64,000 bases of DNA from Terriglobia bacterium (GCA_963664115.2 CAXWPJ010000010.1:480001-544000), one strand, 5' to 3'. Numbered from the stretch's first letter, positions 50,964 through 60,981 are shown. Numbers and translations are program-made. The notes: a model not told the origin generated them from the sequence alone.

Positions 50964-51752
50964 ATGAATAAAAGACCGTCGAGACGCACTTCGGCACTGG
51001 CCATTGCGGCCTGCCTCCTGTTAACCGGACCTGTGGAGAGCGCGGCCCAGAATCGTGGAGTTGGGGGCCCTAGAGGCGGCCCCGGCGGCGGGTTCGAGAC
51101 AGCTCGAGAAGGCGCACCGATTGATCTGACTGGAACCTGGGTGTCCGTGGTCACCGAAGACTGGAGGGTCCGCATGGTAACGCCCCCCAAAGGTTATTAT
51201 GAATCCCTTCCCCTGACCGCCGAAGGGCTTCGCATAGCCGATGCCTGGGATCCGGCCCAGGACCGAGCTGCGGGTAATGGTTGCAAGGCTTATGGCGGGG
51301 CGGCCATTATGCGGGCGCCCGGGCGGTTGCGCATCAGCTGGGAAGACGCAAACACCCTGCGGATCGACACGGATGCGGGTATGCAGACGCGGATCTTCCA
51401 TTTCGGACAATCCCGGGCGCCGGCAGGTGAACGGACTTTGCAGGGACACTCCGTCGCGGAGTGGGAATACGCAAATACAGGTCAGGGAGAACCGCCAAAA
51501 GGCAATCTGAAAGTGGTGACCACGCAAATGCAAGAGGGGTATCTGCGTAAGAATGGAGTGCCCTACAGTGAAGACGCACTCGTTACGGAATACTACGACC
51601 TGATCACCGCTCCCGATGGCGAGCAATGGGTTGTGGTGCTAACCGAGGTCGTAGACCCGGTATATCTGCGCGCACCTTTCATCACGAGCACCCAGTTCAA
51701 GCATCTTCCTGATGACTCGGGGTGGAATCCCACGCCCTGCTCTGACAGATAA
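50964..51752 (+). CDS. Conserved secreted hypothetical protein (DUF6152 partner family)
   Basis: PIDLTGTWVSVVTEDW, CKAYG, QGHSVAEW, GYLRKNGVPYS, terminal PTPC. Confidence 0.75.
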   Translation: MNKRPSRRTSALAIAACLLLTGPVESAAQNRGVGGPRGGPGGGFETAREGAPIDLTGTWVSVVTEDWRVRMVTPPKGYYESLPLTAEGLRIADAWDPAQDRAAGNGCKAYGGAAIMRAPGRLRISWEDANTLRIDTDAGMQTRIFHFGQSRAPAGERTLQGHSVAEWEYANTGQGEPPKGNLKVVTTQMQEGYLRKNGVPYSEDALVTEYYDLITAPDGEQWVVVLTEVVDPVYLRAPFITSTQFKHLPDDSGWNPTPCSDR

Positions 51753-51758
51753 ACAAAC

Positions 51759-51965
51759 TTGGCGGCGACCCGCACACCGACAACGTCGCGTTTCGCGTTC
51801 GGCCGTCCCGTCTTGGCCAGCGACATGTTCGAACACTCCTATCACGTGGACTACGGTGCGAGAGCCGGAGAATACGTCGATGCTTTCCTGCGGAACGTGA
51901 GCTGGGACGGGTGCAACCGCGGATTTGAAACCGCCGATAACGCGTACGGCGCGCTCAGGGCTTAA
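51759..51965 (+). pseudogene. C-terminal fragment of an Fe/Mn superoxide dismutase
   Basis: PVLASDMFEHSYHVDYG...YVDAFLRNVSW matches DxWEHxYY; N-terminal domain missing. Confidence 0.75.
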
Positions 51966-51968
51966 CCG

Positions 51969-52979
51969 TTAGTCGTTGAAGAAGATTTTTTCAAAGAGGT
52001 GGGTTCGGCGGACTTGGACCTGTCCTCCGTCTTCGGGTATCAGGAAGGCTGCAGCGATATCGTGTCTTTCGGCCCAGGCGAGACCTTCGTCCGCACCCAT
52101 GACGTAGAGCGCAGTCGAGAGGATGTCGGCAACCAATGCCCGTGGGTGCCAGACCGTGACGGCAAACTTTCTCTTGAGCGCGTGTCCGGTTTTTGGATCC
52201 AGAATATGGCCGATGCGCGCCTCACCTGTCCCGATATCCCGTTCCGATCCACCACTGGTAGCCAGTGAGCCTTCCCTGAGCGCTATCCCCAGCACGGCCT
52301 GGGTCCGGTCGAGCGGGTGCGCCAGGGCGAGGCTCCAGGATTCTTCATTCGGAGGCGTGCCATGAACCATGATCTGCCCTCCCAGATCGATCATCCAGGC
52401 ATCGATGCCCGCAGCTCTGGAATAGTCCAGCACGCGATCCAGGGCATCGCCTTTGCCGAACGCGCCCACCTCGATCAGGATGGGTCGATTCCTGACCACG
52501 ACACAATTTTCGGCATCTAAATCGAGATATTCGAAGCCAGCGTTTTCGAGTCCAAGCTGCAGTTCCTCCGTCGTTGGGCGATGTCCCCCGCGGTGGAGCC
52601 CCCAGGCCTCTACGAGAGTTCCAATTGCGGGATCGAAGGCACCATCCGTCCGATGGGCCCACGCCCGGAGTTCATCGAAGAGACGGCATAGCGCAGGCTT
52701 GAGAGGGAAGCCCGCTCCAACGGGCTGACGGTTGAGGCGACTGATGGCGCTGTCGGGCCGCCAGGTACTGAGTTCTGCTTCGCTGTCTTCAAGAGTACGA
52801 ATAAAACTCTCAATCCGATTCAAGCCCGTCTGGCGATCCGGGGCGTAGGTTTGTAAGGAAGCTCGGGTTCCCATCAAATAGACATCGCGGCGGACATCTA
52901 TAGGAAAGACCGCACTCTGGGCAAAGCACTCAAGAATGAGAGTGAGATAGATGGCTGGGATCAGGAGCGGGAACTTCAC
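51969..52979 (-). CDS. apbE: FAD:protein FMN transferase
   Basis: LMGT, TDGAFDPAIG, GAFGKG, LATSGGSER, HILDPKTG, ADILSTAL. Confidence 0.9.
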   Translation of the reverse strand: MKFPLLIPAIYLTLILECFAQSAVFPIDVRRDVYLMGTRASLQTYAPDRQTGLNRIESFIRTLEDSEAELSTWRPDSAISRLNRQPVGAGFPLKPALCRLFDELRAWAHRTDGAFDPAIGTLVEAWGLHRGGHRPTTEELQLGLENAGFEYLDLDAENCVVVRNRPILIEVGAFGKGDALDRVLDYSRAAGIDAWMIDLGGQIMVHGTPPNEESWSLALAHPLDRTQAVLGIALREGSLATSGGSERDIGTGEARIGHILDPKTGHALKRKFAVTVWHPRALVADILSTALYVMGADEGLAWAERHDIAAAFLIPEDGGQVQVRRTHLFEKIFFND

Positions 52980-53461
52980 GCGACCTGTTTTCGGGCAAAG
53001 ACTTCGGACCGGTCCTTCAACCGCGACCTTTTCGATTTTATGAACAAGCGATAGCTGACCACCTGATGCGTGGCATAGGTAATGACAAAAACTGATGACG
53101 ACACCAGATGCATGCCAAGCGTAATATTCGCCAGCAACGGGGCCGTCACAACCTGAAGCATGTATCCGGAAGCGATCATCACCGGCAGCGTCACCATTGA
53201 AAGAAGACCCGAACTACGATTGGAACTCGTGCCGCTTCGAAGCTTCTTCTGAATGTGTGACTGAATCATGAGTCCGACGACGAACACCAGTACGGGCGCC
53301 ACCAGAACGTGCAGGCTCAGCATGGCCGGTTGCCATGGATGATTGATGATGCTGAACGGATCGTCGGTCGCCATAGCGTACTTCATCCAGAAATAGGCCA
53401 GACCGCTGAGCATCACCAGAAGCGTAGATATGTGGGATAACCAGATCTCCCAGGGTTTCAT
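52976..53461 (-). CDS. Four-TM membrane protein with intramembrane His residues (possible cytochrome b)
   Basis: Hydrophobic helices with LSH, LHV, SHI, MHL, THQ. Confidence 0.6.
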   Translation of the reverse strand: MKPWEIWLSHISTLLVMLSGLAYFWMKYAMATDDPFSIINHPWQPAMLSLHVLVAPVLVFVVGLMIQSHIQKKLRSGTSSNRSSGLLSMVTLPVMIASGYMLQVVTAPLLANITLGMHLVSSSVFVITYATHQVVSYRLFIKSKRSRLKDRSEVFARKQVA

Positions 53462-53477
53462 CGTATTTACCTCAGAT

Positions 53478-54023
53478 CTATTCGTCTAAAACACTATTGA
53501 TAGCTAAGACTCGACGCACAGCCGCTGTCGTCGCTCGTGCCGTCAACGTGGCGCCCGCAATTGGGCGGATCGCGCGATTCAAATTCAAATCCGGATTCAA
53601 GGTCTGTCCTTCGTATTGGGCCAACCAGGCCTCCGGAGCCATGTACTGAGGAGGCTCCAGAAAAGCGGTGACTTCAATCCTCACAACCAGCCCCTCCGGA
53701 TCGAGACTGATCAGCAGACTTTCGTTCTTGGTCCTTACCACGTGTGTGTCCACATACGCAGTGCCCACCAGGTTTCCGTCGTCGGTCGCGATATATCGGG
53801 CAATCAACAAAGACGGGACATCCACTCCGGACTGCGCCCCGGCCGCGCTGCGCTGGTCTTCCGTTAAAAAGACTCGCTCAGCCCGAATCTCCGCACCCGG
53901 AAAGACCTGTGCCAGGGCTTCTTCCCGTGTCGTCTGCGCCCCCGCAATCGCAATACCGGTAGACACAAAGGTCAACACCAGCACTAAGCGAAGAAGATTA
54001 AAAGCTGTATCCAAGCGCGACAT
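53478..54023 (-). CDS. Extracytoplasmic FMN-binding protein
   Basis: Signal peptide; WLAQYEG, IAGATLT flavinylation-like motif; same operon as apbE. Confidence 0.8.
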   Translation of the reverse strand: MSRLDTAFNLLRLVLVLTFVSTGIAIAGAQTTREEALAQVFPGAEIRAERVFLTEDQRSAAGAQSGVDVPSLLIARYIATDDGNLVGTAYVDTHVVRTKNESLLISLDPEGLVVRIEVTAFLEPPQYMAPEAWLAQYEGQTLNPDLNLNRAIRPIAGATLTARATTAAVRRVLAINSVLDE

Positions 54024-55308
54024 TTAACTGATTGACTCCGCTCTCACCCTCGTTGACGACCCACTGGTAGTCCGCTTTCACGACGACGTTCTGAATGGGT
54101 GCAAACGCGAGGCCCAGTGTGTGAAACACGCGATCCATCGTCGCGTCTTTTGAGAACCCTTGAGCCACACTATCCTGCGTGTCCAGGGCTTCGAATCGGT
54201 AAAACGGCGTGAGGGCAATGTCCGGCCGAACCTGAGAAAGAAGGTTGTAACCGACCTCGATATAACCCCCTTCCTGCACTTCGCCGACAGCAGCCTCACC
54301 TTCAAGCGATCGAGCGCGGTTCAACAGGTCGACGTTGTTCAGGGCAGAGCGGGCATAGAGAGCTCGAAAATTGAATCCCCGGATTTGCGCCTGCCCGTGA
54401 AGCTCAGTAATCGCGGTGCGAAGGGCAAACCCTCGCCCATCAACGGTGAACTGTCCCTGGCTCGAATCTCCGACGTAAAAAGATCCGCCCACCAAAACGC
54501 CCGGCGTTGGCGTCATATCCAGACGTCCGACAAAAGCCGGATCTGTGAACCGCGCCTTCGAACCCTTCTGCCGACCACCACGCAAGCCGTTCGAACTGAA
54601 GCCGCTTGCATCGAGCCCGTTCACGACGTACGCCCTGTAGCTGAACTTTCCAGCCGTACCGACCACTCCAAAGCCGTTCTCTCTCCACGTGGACGGCAAG
54701 AGCCGGCTTTCCGTCTCGGGGCGCCGGGCACTAAAAAACGTGTTGGGTTCATGAAATTCGTTGGTCAATCCCATAGGAACCAGCAACAGACCCCCGCGCA
54801 AGGTAAGAGCGGGGTGAGCCAGATAATCGACGTAGGCAAACTCGACTCCGATTTCGTTCGCGTGCTCGACTTCGATTTCGGAATTGAATAGAAACTTCTC
54901 ATTGAAGCGGTAACCGAAATAAACGACGGCCCTCAGAAAATCCAGCTGCGTCCCTTTTTTTACGGGGGTGCCGCTCTCGTCCTGACCCGCGAAATTCTCA
55001 TAAAGCATTTCGCCATAGCCGGCGATCGAAACACCCTGGTCTTGCCGATATACGGATGCGGCCGCAGGTCCGAGTCCAAGTTGTCTGGCCTCGTCAGTTG
55101 TGATTTCAATTTCGACTTCGCTACTGCGTAGTCGCTCCAGTTCCTCCGCCAGTACATCGATCTGGCGACGCAACTCGTCAAGGTCGGCTTCGATCTGCTC
55201 AGATGACCTTCCACCGGCCTGCACAGGCGAAGCTGGAGCTGAGATCACGCTCGACACGAGGCCAAGAACGATCGCTCCAACGATTCTCCCTATCGCTTTC
55301 CTTCTCAT
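53998..55308 (-). CDS. Outer-membrane porin-like beta-barrel
   Basis: Signal peptide, coiled coil, IAGYGE, FNSEIEVEH, NEFHEP, C-terminal LGYSF. Confidence 0.75.
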   Translation of the reverse strand: MRRKAIGRIVGAIVLGLVSSVISAPASPVQAGGRSSEQIEADLDELRRQIDVLAEELERLRSSEVEIEITTDEARQLGLGPAAASVYRQDQGVSIAGYGEMLYENFAGQDESGTPVKKGTQLDFLRAVVYFGYRFNEKFLFNSEIEVEHANEIGVEFAYVDYLAHPALTLRGGLLLVPMGLTNEFHEPNTFFSARRPETESRLLPSTWRENGFGVVGTAGKFSYRAYVVNGLDASGFSSNGLRGGRQKGSKARFTDPAFVGRLDMTPTPGVLVGGSFYVGDSSQGQFTVDGRGFALRTAITELHGQAQIRGFNFRALYARSALNNVDLLNRARSLEGEAAVGEVQEGGYIEVGYNLLSQVRPDIALTPFYRFEALDTQDSVAQGFSKDATMDRVFHTLGLAFAPIQNVVVKADYQWVVNEGESGVNQLNVALGYSF

Positions 55309-55537
55309 CTGTCCTTACCTCATCTCAGCGCTGCGATCGAACCCAGTGGCAGGACAGTTGACGCATCCTAACGACGGAACTTATACTGCAGTCGGCGTTT
55401 AGCAACGAAGTTAAAGTTTTGCGCCAGGGATGCGCCGGGGATCATCCGGCGCGTCCCACTCTACCTCTCGGAATTACCTGCAATTTCTCAACTACAAAGG
55501 CTCGCCCGCCCATCTAAGACTCCACGATCTTATTGCA

Positions 55538-55556
55538 ATTGAAAATCATTTTCAAT
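55538..55556. promoter_or_regulatory. Fur-box-like operator
   Basis: Perfect 9-1-9 palindrome ATTGAAAAT-C-ATTTTCAAT about 230 bp upstream of the porin gene. Confidence 0.7.
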
Positions 55557-55821
55557 ACCGAGATTGATTTTCACTGCCTGACAGACCCCTTGTCAAGCCA
55601 TTCTTCCCAGCTCCCCGTCCTGGGACCGGCCAATGGTCTAGACACACAATAGGAGGCTCAAAACCAATAAAGCAGGAAGAAACAAAGAACCCACGGGCTC
55701 CTTTCTGCGGGAGCTCCTGCCCCCGTATGCGGCCTTGACGATTTCGATTGGGTACCTACGAACGGATTGAATGGCCGACAAGACCCCCTGAGGCAGGGAC
55801 AAATCAGGGCTCTGATAAGCA

Positions 55822-55849
55822 TTGACAGGAGCCCCCGGACTCATATACT
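55822..55849 (+). promoter_or_regulatory. sigma70-type promoter of the RRM gene
   Basis: TTGACA-N16-TATACT, implying a 5' UTR of about 130 nt. Confidence 0.55.
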
Positions 55850-55988
55850 GATCATTCGAGTAACTGATACTAACGCCTGTTTAGGAGCCCCGTGCCTCTG
55901 TTCGGAAAGTAGTTGCATTGTGCAGTGGACCATAGCCTTTCCCGCAAAAGCCCTGGAAGTTCCCTACAGCTAACATCAAGGAAAACGA

Positions 55989-56309
55989 ATGACAAAGAAA
56001 CTGTACGTTGGAAACCTGCCCTTCCAGACCACGGAAGATGACCTCTCTGACATGTTCGCTGCGGTTGGATCCGTGGAATCGGTTCGGATCATTACCGACC
56101 GCGATACCGGACGGTCACGAGGCTTCGGCTTTATTGAAATGGGTGACGAAGACGCCGACAAGGCGATCAATGAATTTAACGGCAAGGACATGGAAGGCCG
56201 ACCCTTGACCGTTAATGAAGCGCGCCCGCAGGCAGACCGGGGTGGCGGTCGCGGTGGTGGCGGTGGCGGTGGCTACGGCCGGGGCGGCGGCGGCGGCGGC
56301 CGATACTAA
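55989..56309 (+). CDS. RRM RNA-binding protein with Gly-rich tail
   Basis: RNP2 LYVGNL, RNP1 RGFGFIEM. Confidence 0.95.
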   Translation: MTKKLYVGNLPFQTTEDDLSDMFAAVGSVESVRIITDRDTGRSRGFGFIEMGDEDADKAINEFNGKDMEGRPLTVNEARPQADRGGGRGGGGGGGYGRGGGGGGRY

Positions 56310-56319
56310 AGACGAATCC

Positions 56320-56359
56320 GCAAAAAGGCACGGTGGTTGAACCCCCCGTGCCTTTTTGC
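56320..56359 (+). terminator. Rho-independent terminator
   Basis: GCAAAAAGGCACGG...CCGTGCCTTTTTGC hairpin with U-tract. Confidence 0.85.
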
Positions 56360-56472
56360 ATTTATGGACAGGTCATCGATATATCGCACTCTCTTTGTTC
56401 ACCCCGCCTGAATTTTTTCCGTAACAAAAAGTACTTTCCGATTTCAGATATCCGTATACTTTTTGAAGCTTC

Positions 56473-56814
56473 ATGTTTCGGCGTTACACCAACCAGACCA
56501 TAGCGATTCTGCTGCTACCTCTCCTGCTGGGATTCAGTTTCCAGTGGGCTCTGGAGGTGTTCCATCCGATCGAGGAAGGAATCGCCCCCTCACATCAGCA
56601 CGACGGCAGCGGTAACGTCGTCCATGCGACACATGATCGTTCCGCGGGACATGCGCCTCATGCATGTCCGCATTCGGGCGCTTTCGCGCAGATCGGGCTT
56701 TTGGCCTCCAATTTCTCCGATAGTCAGCTGTGGGCGACGGCCCCGTTGTTTCCTGACACGCCCCTCGTCCGATACGCTTCCAACGTTTTCCAGCGGGGCC
56801 CTCCCAGAGCCTGA
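56473..56814 (+). CDS. His-rich leader protein with C-terminal RGPP (DUF2946-like)
   Basis: Hydrophobic N-terminus, HQHD..HATHD..HAPHACPH, QRGPPRA; directly upstream of a TonB-dependent receptor. Confidence 0.65.
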   Translation: MFRRYTNQTIAILLLPLLLGFSFQWALEVFHPIEEGIAPSHQHDGSGNVVHATHDRSAGHAPHACPHSGAFAQIGLLASNFSDSQLWATAPLFPDTPLVRYASNVFQRGPPRA

Positions 56815-56880
56815 CACATCCAATCCGTTTCCGAAAAATCTGATTGTCGAGTCGTGGATGATGTCTCTGCGGAGGATTCC

Positions 56881-59109
56881 GTGAAGCGTTCGTGCTTTCT
56901 ATTAACTATTACCAGTTGCTTGTTGATCGCCGTGTCCGGGCCGAGTTGGGCACAGGCACCCGGGGCCGTCGAAGGCCGTGTCCTCCTGCCGAACAATGAC
57001 CTGGTTCACAGGGCGACCGTTTTGCTGGTGGAACTCGGGCTGACCGTCGAAACGGACGAAATCGGTCGCTACCGATTCGAGAACGTACCCGAAGGGATGT
57101 ACGAGGTCCTCGCCTACCAGTCGATTCTCGACTCCGAATCACACTTCGTCGCAGTCGTCCGAGGAGCGACGTCCACCCTTGACATCGAGCTGCGACTGTC
57201 GTCGCTGCGTCAGGAAATTACAGTGACGGCACAGGGCCGCTCGGAGTCGACGTTTCAAGCCATCCCGTCGGTCACGACACTGGACTCGTTCGATCTGTCC
57301 GAATCGATGGCGACGTCTATTGGTGAAATCCTGGATGGCCAACCCGGCGTCGCGAAACGAAGCTTTGGAGCCGGAAACGCACGGCCCGTGGTGCGAGGCT
57401 TCGATGGAGACCGTGTCCTCGTAATGCAGGACGGGATGCGCATCGGTTCTCTGGCCTCGCAGTCGGGAGATCACGGGGAACCCATCGATGCGGGGAGCAT
57501 GGAGCGCATCGAAGTCGTCAAGGGACCCGCGACACTGCTGTATGGGAGCAACGCCGTCGGCGGTGTGGTCAATGCGATCAGCACACATGAAGGCTTTCTG
57601 GAACAACCCTATGAAGGTCTGCGCGGTCAGATCTCTTCGTCCGCCGGCTCGGCAAACGGGCAAGCAGGCGGCAGCTTCACGTCCGAATACGGCTTTGGCG
57701 AATGGTTGCTGTGGTTGGGCGGCGGGGGACAACGCAGTGGGGACTACCAGACGCCGATCGGCGTGATCGCCAATTCGAAGAGCCGGGTCAGCAACGGATC
57801 CTTCGGGCTCGGCTGGTTCGGAGAAAAGGCATTTGCCAGTGTCGGATATCAGGGGAACGACGGTCGCTACGGCATTCCCTTCGCCAACACATTTGAAGGC
57901 GGAGGCGAGAGCGAAAAGATTGTGGATGCCGTCAAGGTCGCCTTCCGGCAGCACGCTGTCCGGCTGACGACAGGGCTCAAAAACCTCGGATCTGTCGTCG
58001 ACAGCTTCAAACTGTCCCTGAACTACTCCGATTGGAACCACGACGAGCTGGAAATTTTTGATGATGGTGTGCAGGAAGTCAGCACGACCTTCGAAAACCA
58101 ACAGTACGTCTATAAAGGCGTGTTCACCCAGAAAACGAACGGCCGTCTTTCAGGCAGCTTCGGTGTGTGGGGCCTCGACCGTAACTTCGAGACCCGGGGC
58201 GCGGAAACTCTTTCTCCGCCTGTAGACCAGAACGCTTTTGCCGTCTTCGGACTTGAGGAGCTAAGTTTCGAAGGCCTTCGTCTGCAATTGGGGGGACGCG
58301 TCGAACACAACCGATACGCACCAGACCCCGATTCGAGTTTGGGGAAGCTTGATTTTACAGGTGTCTCGGCGGGTGTGGGGGCGCGCTTCGACCTGTGGGA
58401 AGGCGGCGCCTTTGTCGTCAACTACACGGATTCATCCCGAGCACCTGCGATGGAAGAACTCTACAATTTTGGCCCTCATGTCGGGAACCTAACATTCGAA
58501 ATCGGTAACCGCACACTGGGAAGCGAACGTTCTCACGGTCTCGATTTTGCGCTCCGGCACCAGAGAGCCCGTGTGCAGGGTGAAATTAATTTCTTCTATT
58601 ACGATATTAGTGACTTTGTCTTTCTGGCTCCGACCGGCGCAACGATTGACGGTCTCATCGAGGCCGCATACGCGCAAGGAGACGCGCGATATTCAGGCAC
58701 GGAGATGACGCTCGATGTGAACGTCCACGAGAATCTCTGGATAAACCTGGCCCTCGACGCAGTTGACACCGAGTTAAGAAGGACTTCTGAGCCACTTCCA
58801 CGAATCCCCCCACTCAGGGGAAAGATTGGTCTGGATATTCGATATGGCGGTTTGAGCGTCAAACCCGAACTCGTCCTGGCGGACCGGAGGGACGAGGTTT
58901 TCAGCACCGAAACGGAAACCCCCGGTTACGGCCTCCTGAACCTGAGTGCCTCCTACACAATCCCGCAAGCCCATCTCTCACACCACCTGGCCTTCAGCCT
59001 CTTCAACGCCACCGACACGCTGTATCGCAATCACCTCAGCTTCATCAAGGACCTGGCTCCTGAGATCGGGCGCGGCGTGCGCCTCTCGTATTCGGTGAAG
59101 TATTTCTGA
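56881..59109 (+). CDS. TonB-dependent receptor (ZnuD-like metal uptake)
   Basis: Signal peptide, RPVVRGFDGDRV, DHG, IEVVKGPATLLYGSNAVGGVVN, RAPAMEELY, C-terminal Phe. Confidence 0.9.
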   Translation: MKRSCFLLTITSCLLIAVSGPSWAQAPGAVEGRVLLPNNDLVHRATVLLVELGLTVETDEIGRYRFENVPEGMYEVLAYQSILDSESHFVAVVRGATSTLDIELRLSSLRQEITVTAQGRSESTFQAIPSVTTLDSFDLSESMATSIGEILDGQPGVAKRSFGAGNARPVVRGFDGDRVLVMQDGMRIGSLASQSGDHGEPIDAGSMERIEVVKGPATLLYGSNAVGGVVNAISTHEGFLEQPYEGLRGQISSSAGSANGQAGGSFTSEYGFGEWLLWLGGGGQRSGDYQTPIGVIANSKSRVSNGSFGLGWFGEKAFASVGYQGNDGRYGIPFANTFEGGGESEKIVDAVKVAFRQHAVRLTTGLKNLGSVVDSFKLSLNYSDWNHDELEIFDDGVQEVSTTFENQQYVYKGVFTQKTNGRLSGSFGVWGLDRNFETRGAETLSPPVDQNAFAVFGLEELSFEGLRLQLGGRVEHNRYAPDPDSSLGKLDFTGVSAGVGARFDLWEGGAFVVNYTDSSRAPAMEELYNFGPHVGNLTFEIGNRTLGSERSHGLDFALRHQRARVQGEINFFYYDISDFVFLAPTGATIDGLIEAAYAQGDARYSGTEMTLDVNVHENLWINLALDAVDTELRRTSEPLPRIPPLRGKIGLDIRYGGLSVKPELVLADRRDEVFSTETETPGYGLLNLSASYTIPQAHLSHHLAFSLFNATDTLYRNHLSFIKDLAPEIGRGVRLSYSVKYF

Positions 59110-59122
59110 AAAGGATGGAGTG

Positions 59123-60853
59123 CTATCGTTCCAAAGCCTCTGCCACAGCCTGCCGCAGTTGATCCAGCCCATGGGCCAGGTCTCCTCCGATATGGACGCG
59201 AAGGACGCGCCGCCCCCGCTGCTCTAAAACTTCCATATCACCGAGGGCCTGGGCGGCCTTTACGATTCCGAACGAATAACTCCGTCCGGGAACGGGAAGG
59301 TCCATTGGGTCATCACATGTGATTTGCAGAAAGACGCCCGTCGCGGGACCGCCCTTGTGCAGTTGACCCGTCGAATGGAGAAACCGGGGGCCGAAACCGA
59401 GACAGGTTGCCACACACGTTCGATCTCTCACAAGGTTACGAATTTGCTGAAGGTGGAACAGGTTCGTTGCGTTCATCGCGACGTACGCTAGGATCGCGAA
59501 GTAGTCGCCTGTATTGAGACCCGCCAGATACGCCCCCAGGTAGCCACTTAGGGAAGGTCTTGGGGTCACCTCCTGGAAAACGCGAGCGACGGTATCGGAA
59601 TCTGAGAAGAGGCTGATTTCCGCCGTTTCGAAAAAGGGTTCGGACTCGTCAAGCGCTCCTGTCTGCTCGAATTCGGCAGTCATTTTTCGGGAAGCCACCT
59701 TACTCGCATCGACGTCGGGTTGATCGAATGGATTGACCTTGAGCAGCGATCCAGCGACAGCGGTCGCCATTTCCCAACGGAAAAACTCCTGGCCGATCGC
59801 GTAGGGACCATCGAGTTCAATCCGCACGACAGGCTGACCGGCCTGTTCAATACGGTCAATCGCGCTATCTTCGGAGGTGCTTCCTTCGGAACTGAGCTTT
59901 AGATAGACAAACACACGGTCGTCACCGTAAACCTCGGGTGGACCGAGTGATTCTTGATCGACCGGAACAATTCCCTTCCCGTCTTTTCCCGTGGACTCAG
60001 CCACCAGTTGCTCAAGCCATGCGCCTAAGCTGCCAATGGCAGGGGAAGCAGCGATCGTTAACTTGTTCCGACCCGCCCCCGCCAACTGTCCCAGGGCGAT
60101 GCCCAACATTACTCCCGGGTTTTTGGAAACAGGGACGTCGGCTCCGCATTGATCAACCATTTGCTTCGTGACATCGAGAAGTCGTGCGACGTCGAGCCCC
60201 ATCAGTGCGGCTGGCACCAATCCGAAATCTGAAAGAGCCGAAAACCGGCCGCCGACGTCTGGTTGACCTAAGAACACCCGTCGCAGGTCGCGTTGGCGGG
60301 CAAGGCTTTCGAGCGAAGAACCTGGATCGGTGATCGCGACGAACCGCCGACCGGTTTCAGCCGGAGGGAAGATGCTGGCCATGTGATCAAAGAAATATTC
60401 GAAGAGTATGGAAGATTCCAGCGTCGTACCAGACTTACTGGAAACGATGAACAGGGTTCGCCGCAGATCAACGGCATCTTCGGCGGCACGGACCTGGGCC
60501 GGAACCGTCGAATCCAGCACGCGAAGTGCTGGATGAGACGGGCCGCACTCAAAGGTCGATCGCAGGACCTCTGGACACAAACTCGACCCACCCATTCCCA
60601 GTAACAGGGCATGGGTAAATTGTCCTTGGCGGACATCGGCGGAAATCTGCGAGAAGGTGCTTTGTCTCTCGAGCTGGGTCGTGACCACGTCGAGCCAACC
60701 CAGCCGCTGGTCCTCGTCCGACCCGGTCCACAGCGACGGGTCGCGGCCCCAGATCCGCTGAACCTTATCCTCCCCAATCCACTCCTCAACCGTCGCTTCC
60801 ACGGCCCGGGCAATCTGGGGGGGGAGACTGAAGGATTGAGAGTTTACCCGCAT
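59123..60853 (-). CDS. pgi: Glucose-6-phosphate isomerase (type found in Tal-Pgi fusions)
   Basis: GMGGSSL, SSKSGTTLE, ITDPGS, GGRFSALS, EQLVAESTGK, NPFDQP, GPRFLHSTGQLHKGG. Confidence 0.85.
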   Translation of the reverse strand: MRVNSQSFSLPPQIARAVEATVEEWIGEDKVQRIWGRDPSLWTGSDEDQRLGWLDVVTTQLERQSTFSQISADVRQGQFTHALLLGMGGSSLCPEVLRSTFECGPSHPALRVLDSTVPAQVRAAEDAVDLRRTLFIVSSKSGTTLESSILFEYFFDHMASIFPPAETGRRFVAITDPGSSLESLARQRDLRRVFLGQPDVGGRFSALSDFGLVPAALMGLDVARLLDVTKQMVDQCGADVPVSKNPGVMLGIALGQLAGAGRNKLTIAASPAIGSLGAWLEQLVAESTGKDGKGIVPVDQESLGPPEVYGDDRVFVYLKLSSEGSTSEDSAIDRIEQAGQPVVRIELDGPYAIGQEFFRWEMATAVAGSLLKVNPFDQPDVDASKVASRKMTAEFEQTGALDESEPFFETAEISLFSDSDTVARVFQEVTPRPSLSGYLGAYLAGLNTGDYFAILAYVAMNATNLFHLQQIRNLVRDRTCVATCLGFGPRFLHSTGQLHKGGPATGVFLQITCDDPMDLPVPGRSYSFGIVKAAQALGDMEVLEQRGRRVLRVHIGGDLAHGLDQLRQAVAEALER

Positions 60854-60981
60854 CGCTGGGAACAGATCATACTCGTACCTTGTCGGCGACACCACTGGCC
60901 TTGGGCTGTCGTCGTCGACACGCACTCCCGCCGGCGCACCACTGTCAAGGACAGTGTCAAGTTCTTTAGATTGAGGGATTC

